A program made the translations under genes and the position numbers. Source: Alphaproteobacteria bacterium (GTDB lineage Bacteria > Pseudomonadota > Alphaproteobacteria > SHVP01). From it: 64,000 nucleotides of DNA. The stretch lies in NCBI GenBank assembly GCA_038121105.1, contig JAYONB010000007.1, positions 119,365 to 183,364 of the forward strand, read 5' to 3'. The notes beneath the pieces were generated by a model, which saw only the letters and a list, made by a program, of their open reading frames with translations, made no database searches and was not told the origin of the DNA. This document shows positions 48,490 to 60,856 of the stretch, piece after piece; position 1 is the stretch's first letter; each line of letters starts with the position of its first letter.

Positions 48490-50295
48490 TCAACGCCGCC
48501 CGAACAGCCGCTCAATATCAGGCAGCTGCAGTTCGACATAGGTCGGGCGGCCATGATTGCACTGCCCGGAGTTCGGCGTGACTTCCATCTCGCGCAGAAG
48601 CGCGTTCATCTCGGCCGCCGTCATCCGTCTCCCCGCCCGAACCGACCCATGGCAAGCCATGGTGCTGCACACATCGTTGAGCCGTTCGGTCAATGCTGTC
48701 GTGTCGTCCAACTCGGCCAGGTCATCCGCAAGGTCGCGCACCAAACCTTGAATATCGACCTCGCCCAGCAGCGCGGGTTGTTCGCGCACCACCACCGCGC
48801 CAGCGCCGAACTGATCGATCACCAAACCCAATTCGGCCAGCTCGTCCGCGCGATCCAACACCCGGCCCACGGCCGCCTCGTCCATCTCCACCACTTCGGG
48901 GATCAACATGCCCTGCCGCGCGACGCCGTTCTGTAGCGCCTTCTTCATGCGCTCATAGACCAAGCGCTCATGTGCGGCATGCTGATCGACAACGATCAAG
49001 CCGTCGGCGGTCTGGGCCACGATATACGTCTGGTGTAGCTGCCCCACCGCTGCGCCAAGCGGGTAGGACGCTTCGGGCGCCTCCCCCAATCCAACCTCCG
49101 CCGGCCGTGCCGCCGGGGCGAATCCGTCGGGTTCCTCGCCCCGGGCCGGCATGCCAGGCGGCGCCTGATGCTGAAACGCGCTGGCCGCCTCGGACAGCCC
49201 GGTCCGCGACGTTCCCTCGGGACGGGCGCCATAGAACGCGCCCTGCCCGCCCGGTCGAAATGCCGCCGCCGCCTCCGCAGCAACCGTCGAAGAGGCGCGA
49301 TGTCCGGCCCCTGCCAGGGCGCGGCGTACCGTCGAAACGATCAACCCGCGCACCAACGGCTCGTCGCGAAATCGGACTTCCGCCTTCGCGGGATGGACAT
49401 TCACATCCACCGCCTCAGGCGGCACGGAAAGGAACAACGCCACCACCGGGTGTCGGTGCCGCGCCATCAAGTCCTGATAGGCGCCACGCAGGGCACCGGT
49501 GAACAACCGGTCCCGCACCGGTCGTCCGTTGACGAACAGATATTGCGCCTGGGCATTGCCCCGGTTCATCGTCGGCAACCCGGCGAACCCTGTCAGGCTG
49601 ATTCCCTCGCGCTCGGCCTCAACGGACACGCTGTTGTCGACGAAATCGCGCCCCATGACGGCGGCAAGGCGGTCGCGCGCAGCCGCCTCACCGGTGGCCG
49701 CGGCGTAGCTGAAGATCTCTCGCGCCGCCTCACGCAAGCTGAACCCAATGGTCGGGTTCGCCATCGCCAAACGCTTTGTGGTTTCGGTGATCGCCGTCGT
49801 TTCGGACCGATCGGTTTTGAGGAACTTCAAGCGCGCTGGGGTGGCGAAGAAAAGGTCTCGTATTTCGATCCGGGTTCCACCGGGAAGAGAGTCGGGCTGG
49901 AGATCACCCAGCCGCCCGGCATCGACATGCAATTGCCAAGCTTCGTCCGCCCCTCGGGCGCGACTGGTAATCGTCATGCGGCTGACCGATCCGATCGACG
50001 GCAGCGCTTCGCCACGAAAACCCAGATGCGCGATCCGCACCAGATCGTCCTCGGGCAGCTTCGAGGTGGCATGCCGCTCGACCGCAAGCGCCAGCTCGTC
50101 CCGCGCCATGCCATGGCCGTTGTCGGTAATGATGATTTGGTCTCGACCGGCCCCCGCGATGGCAACATCGATCTGCGTGGCGCCGGCGTCAATCGCGTTC
50201 TCGACAAGTTCCTTGACGACGCTTGCCGGACGCTCGACGACCTCGCCCGCCGCAATGCGGTTGACGGTGCCTTCGGGCAGTCGACGGATCGTCAT
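48490..50295 (-). CDS. mutL: DNA mismatch repair protein MutL
   Basis: GHKL ATPase N-terminus ([21 protein letters not shown]) and a C-terminal dimerisation domain. Confidence 0.95.
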   Translation of the reverse strand: MTIRRLPEGTVNRIAAGEVVERPASVVKELVENAIDAGATQIDVAIAGAGRDQIIITDNGHGMARDELALAVERHATSKLPEDDLVRIAHLGFRGEALPSIGSVSRMTITSRARGADEAWQLHVDAGRLGDLQPDSLPGGTRIEIRDLFFATPARLKFLKTDRSETTAITETTKRLAMANPTIGFSLREAAREIFSYAAATGEAAARDRLAAVMGRDFVDNSVSVEAEREGISLTGFAGLPTMNRGNAQAQYLFVNGRPVRDRLFTGALRGAYQDLMARHRHPVVALFLSVPPEAVDVNVHPAKAEVRFRDEPLVRGLIVSTVRRALAGAGHRASSTVAAEAAAAFRPGGQGAFYGARPEGTSRTGLSEAASAFQHQAPPGMPARGEEPDGFAPAARPAEVGLGEAPEASYPLGAAVGQLHQTYIVAQTADGLIVVDQHAAHERLVYERMKKALQNGVARQGMLIPEVVEMDEAAVGRVLDRADELAELGLVIDQFGAGAVVVREQPALLGEVDIQGLVRDLADDLAELDDTTALTERLNDVCSTMACHGSVRAGRRMTAAEMNALLREMEVTPNSGQCNHGRPTYVELQLPDIERLFGRR

Positions 50296-51611
50296 AACTC
50301 TAGGGCGACCCGCCCCGTCCTGAGGTATTCGCGGGCGCGCACCTTGCCTTCGTCAACAGCCGGTTGGTCGAACGGGTTCACCCCAAGAAGATCCGCAGTG
50401 AGAATGGTCTCAAGCATGAAGTGCATAAACAACCCGCCCATCGCAGCCTCGTCGACGGCGGACAGCGTGATGACCCGAACGGGCCGCTTGTGCGCTACCA
50501 ATGTCTCCACCGTCGCGCGTGCCGAAGCCGCCACAATGTCGCCCGTCGACCGCCCGCCCAGATAGTCGAGCGCGGCGATTCCGGCGACCTGTTCCGGTGC
50601 AACCGTTAGACCCGTCCCTTGCGACGGCGGCAGGAGAACGGTGAAGACTTTGTCGGCGGGACCATCGAGATAAAGCTGCAACTGACTATGTTGATCCACC
50701 GGTCCGAGCGCGGTGACCGGCGTCATACCTCGTCCGTCCTTTCCCAGGCTCTCGGCCCAAAGCTGGGCATACCACTGGGTGAACCATCTCAAACGCTCGT
50801 CATAGGCCAACATAACGGAGATAGGCCGTCCGGCACGGTAGTATCCCGCCACCAAAGCCGCGGCCTCTGCTGCGTCAGAACCGCCCAAAGCCACCGCCGC
50901 CCCCTGCCGGATTGCCGCAACGTCGAGGCCAAGGATCAAGGCCGGCAACATGCCCACCAACGTCAGGACGGAGTACCGCCCTGCCACCGTCGACGGATGA
51001 TCCAGAACGCGAAAGCCCCAGGACAGGGCGAGTGCGCGCAACGGGTGGCCTCCCGGGACCGCAATGCCCAGCACGCGATCCGCAAGCGCGGGGCGCCCAA
51101 TCGCCGCTTCAAGACGCGGCAACACAACCAAGGCCTGCGCCATGACCTCTACCGTCGACCCCGACTTGGAGATAAACAGGAAACCTGTGCGCTTGAGATC
51201 CACGCGCTCCAAAACTTCTTCGAGGCGACCAGGTTGGAGGTTCGCCATCACGTGGAGTCGGCACCCTCGCCCCGGCAACGCCGTCGCAAGCGCCTTGGCC
51301 GCCAAACCCGACCCGCCGATCCCCAGCAATACGACATCATCGAACCGGCGGCGAAAGTCCTCCGCAATGCGTTTCAAGTCGGCGAGATCATCCTCCGAAT
51401 GGGCGGCGCCGATACAATCGAACGTGGCGTCGTCCCCCGCCGCCTCGCGGAGCGTCTCCAAGCGGACCGTCGCGCGCTCAAGGTCATTGACGAGCGCCAA
51501 AGAGGTCAACCCGGCCGACCCAATGGAGTCGGCATAGCAGTGGCGCGTGGCGTGAACGAAGGGTGGGCGCATGGGTGGCGCCAAACTAGCAGAGCAGAAA
51601 CGCCGGTCCAA
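50292..51611 (-). CDS. pgi: glucose-6-phosphate isomerase (short bacterial type)
   Basis: SIS/PGI motifs LLGIGGSGL and GRYSVLT. The start may lie at an internal Met (~51572). Confidence 0.78.
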   Translation of the reverse strand: MDRRFCSASLAPPMRPPFVHATRHCYADSIGSAGLTSLALVNDLERATVRLETLREAAGDDATFDCIGAAHSEDDLADLKRIAEDFRRRFDDVVLLGIGGSGLAAKALATALPGRGCRLHVMANLQPGRLEEVLERVDLKRTGFLFISKSGSTVEVMAQALVVLPRLEAAIGRPALADRVLGIAVPGGHPLRALALSWGFRVLDHPSTVAGRYSVLTLVGMLPALILGLDVAAIRQGAAVALGGSDAAEAAALVAGYYRAGRPISVMLAYDERLRWFTQWYAQLWAESLGKDGRGMTPVTALGPVDQHSQLQLYLDGPADKVFTVLLPPSQGTGLTVAPEQVAGIAALDYLGGRSTGDIVAASARATVETLVAHKRPVRVITLSAVDEAAMGGLFMHFMLETILTADLLGVNPFDQPAVDEGKVRAREYLRTGRVALEL

Positions 51612-51623
51612 CGACCACTGGAC

Positions 51624-52955
51624 CTAAGGCGTGGTTTCAACGCCCTCGGGGTCGCCGACGACAACGACCGACATCGCATCGACGTCCAGCAGCCGGCGGG
51701 CAACCCTTTTGACATCGTTGAGCGTCACTTGGTTTACCAAGCCGGCGCGGCGATCGAGATAATCGATACCAAGGTCCAATACCTGGAGGGTCACCAACAT
51801 ATTTGCGATCCGGGCGTTGCTGGTCAGGCTAAGAGGAAAAGCGCCGGTGGTATAGGTCTTGGCCGCCTCCAGTTCAGCGGCGGTAATACCCTCGCGAGCG
51901 ATTTTGTCGATTTCATCGCGGATTAGCGAAAGCGATTCGGCGAGTTGACCGTTCTGGGTGCCGACACCTCCCAGGACCAGACCGGAATGCTCATAGGGCA
52001 CTACCGCGCTGTAGACCGAGTAGGCGAGGCCGCGTTTTTCCCGTATCTCTGCGTAAAGGCGCGACGTAAAACTGCCACCCCCCAAGACCCGGTTCATGAG
52101 CGCCGCCGCGAAATAGTCCGGATCGTTTCGCTTGATCCCAGGCATGGCCCAGATCAGGACGCTTTGCGGGATAGGTTGTCTGATGACTTCAACGCCGCCC
52201 CTGGCGGCAGGAACGACCTCAGGCACAACGATCCCGTTCGCCGCCGTCGCAGGTAGATCGCCAAAGGTCTCATCGAGCAAGTTCGCAAGGCGTGATGCCG
52301 AAATATCACCCACCACGCCCACGATAAGATTCTCTTTCGCGAACCTTCGGCCAACGAAGGTACGAAGGTCTTCGACGGAGACCGCAGCGACCGAGTCAGG
52401 TATGCCACGGGTTGGGCGCCCGTAAGGGTGATCGGGATAGATTTTCTTGAAAAGAGTCCGGCCGGCAATTGTATTGGGGTTCTGGGCACGCGATCGAATG
52501 CCGGTAATAACCTGGGATCGAATCCGTTCGACCGGCTCGGGGTCGAAGCGCGGCTGCGTCAACGAAAGCCGCAATAGACGAAATGCCTCGTCGGTATTTT
52601 CGGTAAGGGTTCGCAGGCTTCCGCTGAACCCGTCGCGACCGGCGTCATAGGACAGAGAAATCGCGAGTTCCTCAAGCCGGGCCTGGAAGGCTTGCGAATC
52701 GAGATCGCCTGCCCCTTCATCAAGCAAGCCGGACAAAAGATTCGCCAAACCCTCCTTGCCGGCGGGATCGAGCGACGCCCCGCCGCGGAAATAGACCTCG
52801 ACCGCCAAGATCGGGATCGAGGGCTCCTCGACCAGCCAAGCCGTGATCCCGCCTGGGGAACGCACCTCTTGAATTTCTGCCGCCCACGCGGGCCCGGCGG
52901 ACCACCACACACTCAGTGCGACGAACAGGAAGGCGCTGCGCACCACGGCCTTCAT
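51624..52955 (-). CDS. M16 family zinc peptidase, probably the non-catalytic partner subunit
   Basis: M16 fold with no HxxEH motif. Signal peptide MKAVVRSAFLFVALSVWWSAGPAWA. Confidence 0.78.
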   Translation of the reverse strand: MKAVVRSAFLFVALSVWWSAGPAWAAEIQEVRSPGGITAWLVEEPSIPILAVEVYFRGGASLDPAGKEGLANLLSGLLDEGAGDLDSQAFQARLEELAISLSYDAGRDGFSGSLRTLTENTDEAFRLLRLSLTQPRFDPEPVERIRSQVITGIRSRAQNPNTIAGRTLFKKIYPDHPYGRPTRGIPDSVAAVSVEDLRTFVGRRFAKENLIVGVVGDISASRLANLLDETFGDLPATAANGIVVPEVVPAARGGVEVIRQPIPQSVLIWAMPGIKRNDPDYFAAALMNRVLGGGSFTSRLYAEIREKRGLAYSVYSAVVPYEHSGLVLGGVGTQNGQLAESLSLIRDEIDKIAREGITAAELEAAKTYTTGAFPLSLTSNARIANMLVTLQVLDLGIDYLDRRAGLVNQVTLNDVKRVARRLLDVDAMSVVVVGDPEGVETTP

Positions 52956-52969
52956 CGAACCAACACCCA

Positions 52970-54343
52970 TTAGCTTGGCTGCCGCGTTCGGAGGATACCG
53001 GTCACCGACCGGCGCTTCTCGAAGACATACCGAGCCGCGGCATTGACGTCGTCGAGGGTGACCGCCCTGACGCGATCGGGCCAGCTCTCGGCATCTTCGA
53101 TGCTGCGTCCGTTGGTCAGCGCTTCGCCGAAAATCCGGGCGGCGCCCTGAACATCGTCTCGCGCATAGATCGCCTGGGCGAGGAGGAATTTCTTGGTGCG
53201 GTCGAGCTCGTCCTGCGTAACGCCATTGTCGACCACATCTTCGATCAGCGCTTCCATCCGCGCTTCGATGTCGTCCAACGTGGCGTCGCCACGCGGCACG
53301 GCAAACAAAAAGAACTGACTGGGCCCGACATCGGTTGCAGAATAGAACGCACTCGCCCTGACTGCGATCTGAGTGTCGATCACCATGTTGCGGTATAGCC
53401 GGCTGGTCGACCGGCCACCCAAGATTTGGGCGAGCAGTTGAAGCGGCAAAGCGTGTTGGGTCTCGCCCCACTGGTAACTCGGCGCCAAATAGGAACGGCG
53501 CCAGGTATCTTGGGTGACCTGAGGGTGAAACATCTCAAGTCGCCGCGCCGCGAGCTGCGGCGGCTCTTTCGGTCTGTTACGCACTGGCTGTGCCCGCTGC
53601 GGGATCACGCCGTAGTATTTTTCGGCCAGTGGTTTCAGCTCTTCGAGCGTGACGTCGCCGGCGACGATTAAGATCGCGTTGTTTGGCGTGTAGTAGGTCC
53701 GGTACCAGTCGAGAGCGTCGTCCAGGGTCAGTTCGCGAATTTCGTTCTCCCAACCGATCACGGGAATCCTATATGGGTAAGCAATGTACTGCGCCGCATT
53801 CATTTGTTCGAAGAACAACCCGTTCGGCGTGTTATCAACCCGCGAACTCCGTTCTTCCAAAATGACCTTGCGCTCGGCAAGTACTTGCGCCTCGGTCAAG
53901 GTGAGGTTGGTCATGCGATCGGCCTCTAGCCGCATCACGGTTTCCAGTCGATCAGCCGCCACAGTTTGGAAATAGCCGGTGTAGTCGTAGGACGTGAAGG
54001 CGTTCTCCCGCCCACCGTTGCGAGTCACGACCTCGGAAAATTCACCTGCCGGCACATCCCGCGTGCCCTTGAACATAAGATGCTCGAGAAAATGAGCGAT
54101 CCCCGACTTGCCGATCGGTTCGTCGGCCGATCCGGCGCGGTACCAGATCATCTGAGTGACTACCGGCGCGCGGTGATCTTCGATCAAAACAACTTGCAGC
54201 CCGTTCTCAAGAACGAATGTCTTGGGGTCGAACAGGCCGGCCACGGCAGAGCCTCGGGCCATGAACACGACCACGAGAGCCACGAGCAGGACGACAATAC
54301 GGTGGCGATTCCGCAGGCGTTGGCGGTGGAAAAGGCTGAACAT
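52970..54343 (-). CDS. M16 family zinc peptidase (catalytic subunit)
   Basis: Inverted zinc motif HFLEHLMF. Confidence 0.85.
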   Translation of the reverse strand: MFSLFHRQRLRNRHRIVVLLVALVVVFMARGSAVAGLFDPKTFVLENGLQVVLIEDHRAPVVTQMIWYRAGSADEPIGKSGIAHFLEHLMFKGTRDVPAGEFSEVVTRNGGRENAFTSYDYTGYFQTVAADRLETVMRLEADRMTNLTLTEAQVLAERKVILEERSSRVDNTPNGLFFEQMNAAQYIAYPYRIPVIGWENEIRELTLDDALDWYRTYYTPNNAILIVAGDVTLEELKPLAEKYYGVIPQRAQPVRNRPKEPPQLAARRLEMFHPQVTQDTWRRSYLAPSYQWGETQHALPLQLLAQILGGRSTSRLYRNMVIDTQIAVRASAFYSATDVGPSQFFLFAVPRGDATLDDIEARMEALIEDVVDNGVTQDELDRTKKFLLAQAIYARDDVQGAARIFGEALTNGRSIEDAESWPDRVRAVTLDDVNAAARYVFEKRRSVTGILRTRQPS

Positions 54344-54422
54344 GTCCCTAGGTAGTCATGCCGACCGGCACGTTGCAAGGGGCCAGTGCGGCGGGAACGG
54401 TCACATGATAGTCAGGCCGGGG

Positions 54423-54998
54423 TTAAAACACCCCAGACAGGATCGATCGACTCTTGCGGCGAATGATCGGCGTTTCCTGTTCGCTTGCGCCCGTATTGGC
54501 GGCAGAATCCTGCTGGCGAAGCCGACGCTCTTCTTCCGTGGGATTGACCACCTCGGCATCATCATCGTCGGGTCGAACGCGATCGAGCAAGCGGTCCACG
54601 AAACCGCCCTCTCGCTCGGCCAGTTGGGTGGTTTCTTCGTTCAGGACTCTGCGAATGTCGGGATCGGCATCCTGAGCACGCGCCACCTGCAGCAGGGCCA
54701 CCTCGCCCGGGGTGCGGGCCGCCCCCGGCGCGGCCTGAGAGTCGCCCACAAGTGCCGCTTGGGCGCGGGTCGTCGGGTTCTGCTCTTGGGGGCGTGGCGC
54801 ACCGGGCTGTGGGGGGCGCAAGTTGAAGTCGGGCGGAATAGTCAATGGCGCTTTGCTGACAACGGTGAACTCGTCAGGCGGCTCGGGATCAAGGCCCAGC
54901 GTGCGGCTGGCATTCGAACAGGCTGCCATTGCCAAAGCGGCCAGGACGAGCGTTGCCGCGGTGAGGTGTGGTTTAGGGTTACTTATGGTCATCTCCAT
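54423..54998 (-). CDS. DUF3035-like lipoprotein
   Basis: Lipobox LAALAMAAC and a low-complexity acidic tail. This is the typical neighbour of lspA in alphaproteobacteria. Confidence 0.5.
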   Translation of the reverse strand: MEMTISNPKPHLTAATLVLAALAMAACSNASRTLGLDPEPPDEFTVVSKAPLTIPPDFNLRPPQPGAPRPQEQNPTTRAQAALVGDSQAAPGAARTPGEVALLQVARAQDADPDIRRVLNEETTQLAEREGGFVDRLLDRVRPDDDDAEVVNPTEEERRLRQQDSAANTGASEQETPIIRRKSRSILSGVF

Positions 54999-55461
54999 CG
55001 GCTGTCCCGCGGGATCGGAAGAACAGGCCCTCTGCCAAGATCATAACGACGCCGACGACGATTGCCGAGTCGGCGGCATTGAACGCCGGCCAATGATACC
55101 CCGCGACGTGGAAGTCGAGGAAGTCCACAACGGCGCCATGGGCGATCCGATCGATCGTATTGCCCAACGCGCCGCCAATGACCCCGCCAAGCGCCACCGC
55201 GAGCCACCGTGTCTCCGCACGGCGCATCCAGACCACAAGCGCGATGGCGATCACGATGGCCAAAGCGCTGAACACCCATCGTCCCCAAACCGGGCTCTGG
55301 AACAGACTGAAGCTGATCCCGGGGTTGAACGTCAAAACGAGGTTGAAGAACCCGGTGACCGCAAAACCGGTGCCCGCTTCGATCGCGCCAAGAATCCAAA
55401 GCTTGGTGACTTGATCGACCACGACCACAACGGCGGCCACGGGCAACCCAACCCGCAGCAT
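54979..55461 (-). CDS. lspA: lipoprotein signal peptidase II
   Basis: LspA motifs (NPGISFS, GGALGNTIDR). The ATG overlaps the ileS TGA (ATGA). Confidence 0.85.
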   Translation of the reverse strand: MLRVGLPVAAVVVVVDQVTKLWILGAIEAGTGFAVTGFFNLVLTFNPGISFSLFQSPVWGRWVFSALAIVIAIALVVWMRRAETRWLAVALGGVIGGALGNTIDRIAHGAVVDFLDFHVAGYHWPAFNAADSAIVVGVVMILAEGLFFRSRGTADGDDHK

Positions 55462-58307
55462 CAGGCAGCTTGCTCGTTTAAGCCGGCTACGACATCCGCA
55501 CAGCGACCGCATAGATCGTTATCGGCCTCGGGATCGGTCGCAACTTCAGGCAGAACCTTCCAGCAACGCTGGCACTTCCCGCCCTCGGCCATCGCCGGCA
55601 CCACGGCAATACCCGGCACCTCGTCCAGACGATAGGCGTCCGTCGGCGGCGCATCGGCCACCAGCGAAAGTGCCGAGGTAATACAAAGTTGCGCGAGATC
55701 GATATCGGCACACGCCGCAACGGTTTCTCGATCGGCATAAACCGTTGGCGCCGCTTGCAGCGACGATCCGATCCGCTTTTCGCGACGCTCGATCTCCAAA
55801 GCACCGGTGACGACCCGACGGAGTTGCCGGATTTTTTCCCATTTGTCGGCAAGCGCGTCGTTTTGCCAGTCGGCCGGGATCGCCGGGAACATCTGCAAAT
55901 GCACGCTCTCGTCTTCAGGGTACCGAGCAAGCCACGCTTCTTCGGCGGTGAAACAGATAAAGGGCGCGAACCACGTCGTCAGGCAGCGAAACAGCTGATC
56001 GAGCACCGTACGTGCCGCACGCCGCACGACCGATTCGGCTGCGTCGCAGTAGAACGTGTCCTTGCGGATATCGAAATAGAACGCCGACAAATCGTTGGTG
56101 CAGAAGTTGTAAAGCTGCACGTACATGTCGTGGAAGTCGAAGGCATCACAGCATTGGCGTACGTGACGATCCAGCGCCCACAGCCGATGCAACACCCAGC
56201 GCTCCAGGTCCGGCATCTCTTCCATCGGCAAGCGCTCGTCCTCGCCGAAGCCCGCGAGGTTGCCTAGCATGTAACGCATCGTGTTGCGCAGCTTGCGATA
56301 GGCGTCGACCTGCCGTTTGACGATTTCATCGCCAATACGCAGGTCGTCGGTATAGTCGGACCCGACGACCCAGAGCCGAAGAATGTCGGCCCCGCTTTGG
56401 TTTGCTATATCGAGCGGGCTCACAACGTTGCCCAGCGACTTGGACATCTTCCGCCCTTCGCCATCCATGACAAAGCCATGGGTCAGGACCGATTCGTAAG
56501 GCGCCCGCCCGCGCGTTCCGCATGACTCGAGCAACGAAGAATGGAACCAACCCCGGTGCTGGTCCGAACCTTCCAGGTAGAGCGACGCCGGCCACTGCAA
56601 ATCGGGCCGCTGTTCGAGGACGAAGCTATGGGTCGAACCCGAGTCGAACCACACATCGACGATATCGGAGACTTTTTCGTAGTCCGCTGGATCGTGGTCG
56701 TCGCCCAAGAATCCAGCGCCATCCTCGTCGAGGAACCAGGCATCGGCGCCGCGCTCCTCGAAAGCTGCCGCGATCCGATCGTTGACGCGTTCGTCGCGCA
56801 GCGGCTCACCCGTCTTGCGGTTGACGAAGACGGTGATGGGCACGCCCCAGGCGCGCTGGCGCGAGATCACCCATTCCGGGCGATGCTCGATCATCGAACG
56901 GATACGGTTTCGACCTTGGTCGGGAACCCAACGGACTTCGTCGATCGCCTTTAGCGCTTTCGCGCGGAGGTCGTTAGTCGACATGCTGATGAACCACTGT
57001 GGCGTATTGCGAAAGATGACCGGCGCCTTGGACCGCCACGAGTGCGGATATTGGTGTACCAAGGATCCCGTCGCGAATAAGCCGCCGTAAGTTTCTAGCG
57101 CCTCGATCACAACCCGGTTGGCATCGCCCTCTTTGCCGCTCGGATGCAGAATCTTGTGCCCTGCAAAGAGCGGCACGTCTTCGACATACACCCCTTGAGC
57201 ATTCACGGTTTCAGGTACGGCGATGCCGTGTCTTTGACCCAGGTCGTAGTCGTCCGCGCCGTGGCCCGGCGCTATGTGGACGAACCCGGTGCCTTGATCG
57301 GTCACCACAAAATCGCCGGCAAGGGCCGGGACGGGAAAATCATACCCATGATCGGCAAACGGATGTCGCGCAACCACACCTTCGAGGTCGCGTCCGGGAA
57401 ACGGTGCCGAGAGGGCCCATTCGGTGATGCCCGCCTCGGTCTTCACAGCGTCGGCAAGCGCCGCGGCGATGACGACCTTTTCGCCCGGCACCGCGGTACT
57501 GCCGTCGGCGACGGCGCCTACCTCGGCCACGAGATAGTCGATGTCGGCACCAAAAGCGATCGCCCGATTGCCCGGCAAGGTCCAGGGCGTCGTCGTCCAA
57601 ATGACAATGCTCGCGCCGTTCAACTCCGGCTTTCCCGCGCTGTCGGCCACGGCAAAGCGAACCATGACCGTCGTCGACGTATGGTCGTGGTACTCGACCT
57701 CCGCCTCGGCCAGCGCCGTTTGTTCGACGACCGACCACATCACCGGCTTGGAGCCCTTGTAGAGCCCGCCATTCATCAGGAACTTGCAGATTTCGCGCGC
57801 GATCTGAGCCTCGGCTTTGAAGGCCATGGTCGAGTAGTAGTTGCTCCAGTCGCCGACGACGCCCAGACGTTTGAACTGGTCGGCTTGGACGCCGATCCAC
57901 TTCTCGGCAAATTCGCGGCATTCTTGCCGGAATTGGGCGACCGGCACTTCGTCTTTGTTCTTCCCGGCCTTGCGATAGTTCTGTTCGACCTGCCATTCGA
58001 TCGGCAAGCCGTGGCAGTCCCAACCCGGCACGTAGTTCGCATCCTTGCCCATCATTTGCTGCGAGCGATTAACGACATCCTTGAGCACCTTGTTCAACGC
58101 GGTGCCCATGTGAAGGTGGCCATTCGCGTACGGCGGCCCGTCGTGCAGGATGAATTTCTCGCGGCCCTTGCTCTGTTCGCGCAAGCGTTCGTAGAGCTTC
58201 ATTTCGGCCCAGCGCTCAAGGAACGCCGGCTCCCGTTTCGGCAAGCCGGCACGCATCGGAAAATCCGTCTCGGGCAGGAAGACGGTCGATTTATAGTCTT
58301 TAGACAT
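55461..58307 (-). CDS. ileS: isoleucyl-tRNA synthetase
   Basis: HMGH and KMSKS class I motifs ([19 protein letters not shown]). Confidence 0.97.
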   Translation of the reverse strand: MSKDYKSTVFLPETDFPMRAGLPKREPAFLERWAEMKLYERLREQSKGREKFILHDGPPYANGHLHMGTALNKVLKDVVNRSQQMMGKDANYVPGWDCHGLPIEWQVEQNYRKAGKNKDEVPVAQFRQECREFAEKWIGVQADQFKRLGVVGDWSNYYSTMAFKAEAQIAREICKFLMNGGLYKGSKPVMWSVVEQTALAEAEVEYHDHTSTTVMVRFAVADSAGKPELNGASIVIWTTTPWTLPGNRAIAFGADIDYLVAEVGAVADGSTAVPGEKVVIAAALADAVKTEAGITEWALSAPFPGRDLEGVVARHPFADHGYDFPVPALAGDFVVTDQGTGFVHIAPGHGADDYDLGQRHGIAVPETVNAQGVYVEDVPLFAGHKILHPSGKEGDANRVVIEALETYGGLFATGSLVHQYPHSWRSKAPVIFRNTPQWFISMSTNDLRAKALKAIDEVRWVPDQGRNRIRSMIEHRPEWVISRQRAWGVPITVFVNRKTGEPLRDERVNDRIAAAFEERGADAWFLDEDGAGFLGDDHDPADYEKVSDIVDVWFDSGSTHSFVLEQRPDLQWPASLYLEGSDQHRGWFHSSLLESCGTRGRAPYESVLTHGFVMDGEGRKMSKSLGNVVSPLDIANQSGADILRLWVVGSDYTDDLRIGDEIVKRQVDAYRKLRNTMRYMLGNLAGFGEDERLPMEEMPDLERWVLHRLWALDRHVRQCCDAFDFHDMYVQLYNFCTNDLSAFYFDIRKDTFYCDAAESVVRRAARTVLDQLFRCLTTWFAPFICFTAEEAWLARYPEDESVHLQMFPAIPADWQNDALADKWEKIRQLRRVVTGALEIERREKRIGSSLQAAPTVYADRETVAACADIDLAQLCITSALSLVADAPPTDAYRLDEVPGIAVVPAMAEGGKCQRCWKVLPEVATDPEADNDLCGRCADVVAGLNEQAA

Positions 58308-58465
58308 CAGAAGAATGGATTCCAGTTAGGGTAAGAAAACGGCAGACGCGGACCGGCCTCGACTAGAGTGCCGGGGTGATAATTCGCGGAATTAGTTGCC
58401 GATTTTGCCTGGACATGGCGGATTTTGTACCAGGGGCTCTGCAGCCTGTCGAGATACCTTGCGAG

Positions 58466-59470
58466 CTAGGGCAAGGGCTCTTCCCGCGCCGGCGCCGGCG
58501 CCCCCGCCTCGAAACGGGCCGGCGCGTAGTCCGGCGCGGCCAAGATGTCGCGGGCGCGTTCGCAATCGGCCCGCATCTGGGCGATCAATCCGTCGATGTC
58601 GGCAAAACGCTCTTCGGGCCGAAGGTACTCGACGAACGAGACATCCATCGTCTTGCCGTAGAGATCACCCGTGAAATCCAGGAGATGGACTTCGAGCAGG
58701 ACGGTCCGCCCGTCGAAGGTCGGCCTCAGACCCAGGTTAGCCGCGGCATCGTACCAAGTCTTTCCCCCTGCCTCGGTGATCCCCGCCCGAACCGCATAGA
58801 TACCAAGCGAGGGTTGAAGATAAGCCCCCATCTCAAGATTCGCGGTGGGAAACCCCAAGTCCCGACCGCGCGCGTCGCCATGCTGCACCGTGCCGTCGAC
58901 CGCCCACCATCGTCCCAAGGCCTCAGCAGCTTCCCGAGGACGCCCGCTTTGCAACAATTCACGAATAGCTCGCGAGGAATAGAGCGCGCCGTTGGCCGCG
59001 AGGTGCGCTTCGACGACGGTCACGCCGAAACCAAAGGTAGCGGCCTTTTCCTTGAGAAAAGCAGTGTCCCCGCGCCGCTTGTGTCCGAAGGCAAAATCGT
59101 GACCCACCACGACGTGACCCACCCCGAGCCCACCGACCAAACCCTCCTCGACGAAAGATTCCGCCGAGGTCGCGGCGAGAGCGGCGTCAAAAGGCACCGC
59201 GACCAGGCAATCCAGCCCCCAGCTTTCGAGGATGGATTGCTTGCGTTCGAACGGTGTCAGCCGAAACGGCGGGTCGTCGGGGCTGAAGTAGTGGCGCGGG
59301 TGGGGCTCGAACGTGATCACGCCGCAAGGTGCGCCCGAGGCCTGGGCGACCTGCTTGGCCCGTTCGATGACGGCCCGATGGCCATGGTGCAGGCCATCGA
59401 AGTTGCCGATCGCAAAGGATCCACCGCGCAGTGCCGACGGCAGGGCATCGAAGCGCCGAACGACCTTCAT
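58466..59470 (-). CDS. ribF: bifunctional riboflavin kinase / FMN adenylyltransferase
   Basis: FAD synthetase N-terminus (GNFDGLHHGH) and riboflavin kinase C-terminus. Confidence 0.92.
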   Translation of the reverse strand: MKVVRRFDALPSALRGGSFAIGNFDGLHHGHRAVIERAKQVAQASGAPCGVITFEPHPRHYFSPDDPPFRLTPFERKQSILESWGLDCLVAVPFDAALAATSAESFVEEGLVGGLGVGHVVVGHDFAFGHKRRGDTAFLKEKAATFGFGVTVVEAHLAANGALYSSRAIRELLQSGRPREAAEALGRWWAVDGTVQHGDARGRDLGFPTANLEMGAYLQPSLGIYAVRAGITEAGGKTWYDAAANLGLRPTFDGRTVLLEVHLLDFTGDLYGKTMDVSFVEYLRPEERFADIDGLIAQMRADCERARDILAAPDYAPARFEAGAPAPAREEPLP

Positions 59471-59483
59471 ACCGAGGAAACCG

Positions 59484-59913
59484 CTAGGCGCGAGAGGGCA
59501 CCATCACGAGCGCCTCGCCCTCGATGACGGCCTTCCCGTTGACCGTGCAGATCGTGCGCAAGGTGACGCGCTTCTTCTCTGCGTTGATATCGGCAATTTC
59601 GGCGCGCGTTACGACCACATCGCCGATGCGCACCGGGGCGCGGAACTTGAGAGATTGGCTCATGTAGACCGCCCCTGGCCCCGGCAAACGGGTACCGATC
59701 ACGGCGGAAATGAAGCTTGCTCCCAGCATGCCGTGGGCGATGCGGCCCTTGAACATCGTGCCGGCGGCGTAGTCTTCGTCGAGGTGGATCGGGTTATCGT
59801 CCCCCGACACGCTCGCGAATTGTTCGATCATCGCTTCGGTGACGGCATTACTCACCTCTTCGGCCATGCCGATGGTGAGATCCTCGATGAAATAACCTTC
59901 GTGATCGGCCATG
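59484..59913 (-). CDS. MaoC-like (R)-specific enoyl-CoA hydratase, hot-dog fold
   Basis: NPIHLDEDYA...GRIAHGM motif. Confidence 0.75.
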
Positions 59914-60183
59914 CGACGCCCCCCGTTCTGTGAGGCGTGTGGCATACCGCCGCCCGCGGCATGATGCAACCGGCTCAATGGCGGGAAACACGCCGGCCTG
60001 GCGGCGTTAGGAAACAGGCCAAGACCAAAATACTGGCCAGGCCGGTGTGAACACTGAGAGAGGCGACCCGTTCCCCTGCCAAGTACGCTTGCAATAACTA
60101 CCCCTGCGCCACCCAAGAGGAGGCGGTTCTGGGGATCGTGCAAGCCCTTGATTTCACAAGGAGTCCCGAAAAAGGACAGCGGA

Positions 60184-60756
60184 TCAGGGAATGACGACGC
60201 CGTTATGGCTGGGCTTGCGGGCGAAAACCTTACGCAACATGGGCTCGAAAAATTCGAGCGGTTTGCTCTCGTAGTCGGGATCGAAAGCCGGCATGTCCCA
60301 TTTCTCGCAAAACTCGTGTGCGGCTTCGAACCACGACTTGCCGCGGTGACGGTCGCGCATGTTGGGATCGGCGCCGATTTTGTCGAAGAAAAAGTAGCCC
60401 TGGAACTCGGGGTGGTAGCGCAGGATGTTGTAATTCTGCTCCGACACGAAGGGCCGCATGATTTCACTGACGAAAGCGCCGTGGTTATCCGGCGCCAGTT
60501 CGTCGCCGATGTCGTGGACCAGCGCACAGACGACCGTTTCTTCATCGACACCGTCGGCGTGGGCCCGCGTCGCGGTCTGCAGCGAATGCTCAAGCCGGTC
60601 GACTTTGAGGCCAGGGCATTGCCCCCCTAATCCGCGCAGTAGCGCCAGAACGCGATCGGCAAGCCGGGCATGCTCGGCCGCCATATGGTGATGCATGATG
60701 GTGAAGTCTTCGGCGGTGGCCTGATCGAGACGCGTAAAGCTCACCTGATCGTTCAT
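60184..60756 (-). CDS. HD-domain metal-dependent phosphohydrolase family protein
   Basis: H...HD motif (ALVHDIGD). Start at MNDQVSF (60756), with GGAGGA upstream. Confidence 0.5.
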   Translation of the reverse strand: MNDQVSFTRLDQATAEDFTIMHHHMAAEHARLADRVLALLRGLGGQCPGLKVDRLEHSLQTATRAHADGVDEETVVCALVHDIGDELAPDNHGAFVSEIMRPFVSEQNYNILRYHPEFQGYFFFDKIGADPNMRDRHRGKSWFEAAHEFCEKWDMPAFDPDYESKPLEFFEPMLRKVFARKPSHNGVVIP

Positions 60757-60856
60757 GATGTCCTCCCTCGTTGGATGCAGTACAGCGAAAGCCGACCACG
60801 TTGACAAGACGCGCAAGCGCATGGGTAGATGCGAGGCGCAGGAGCGGGAGGCATTC

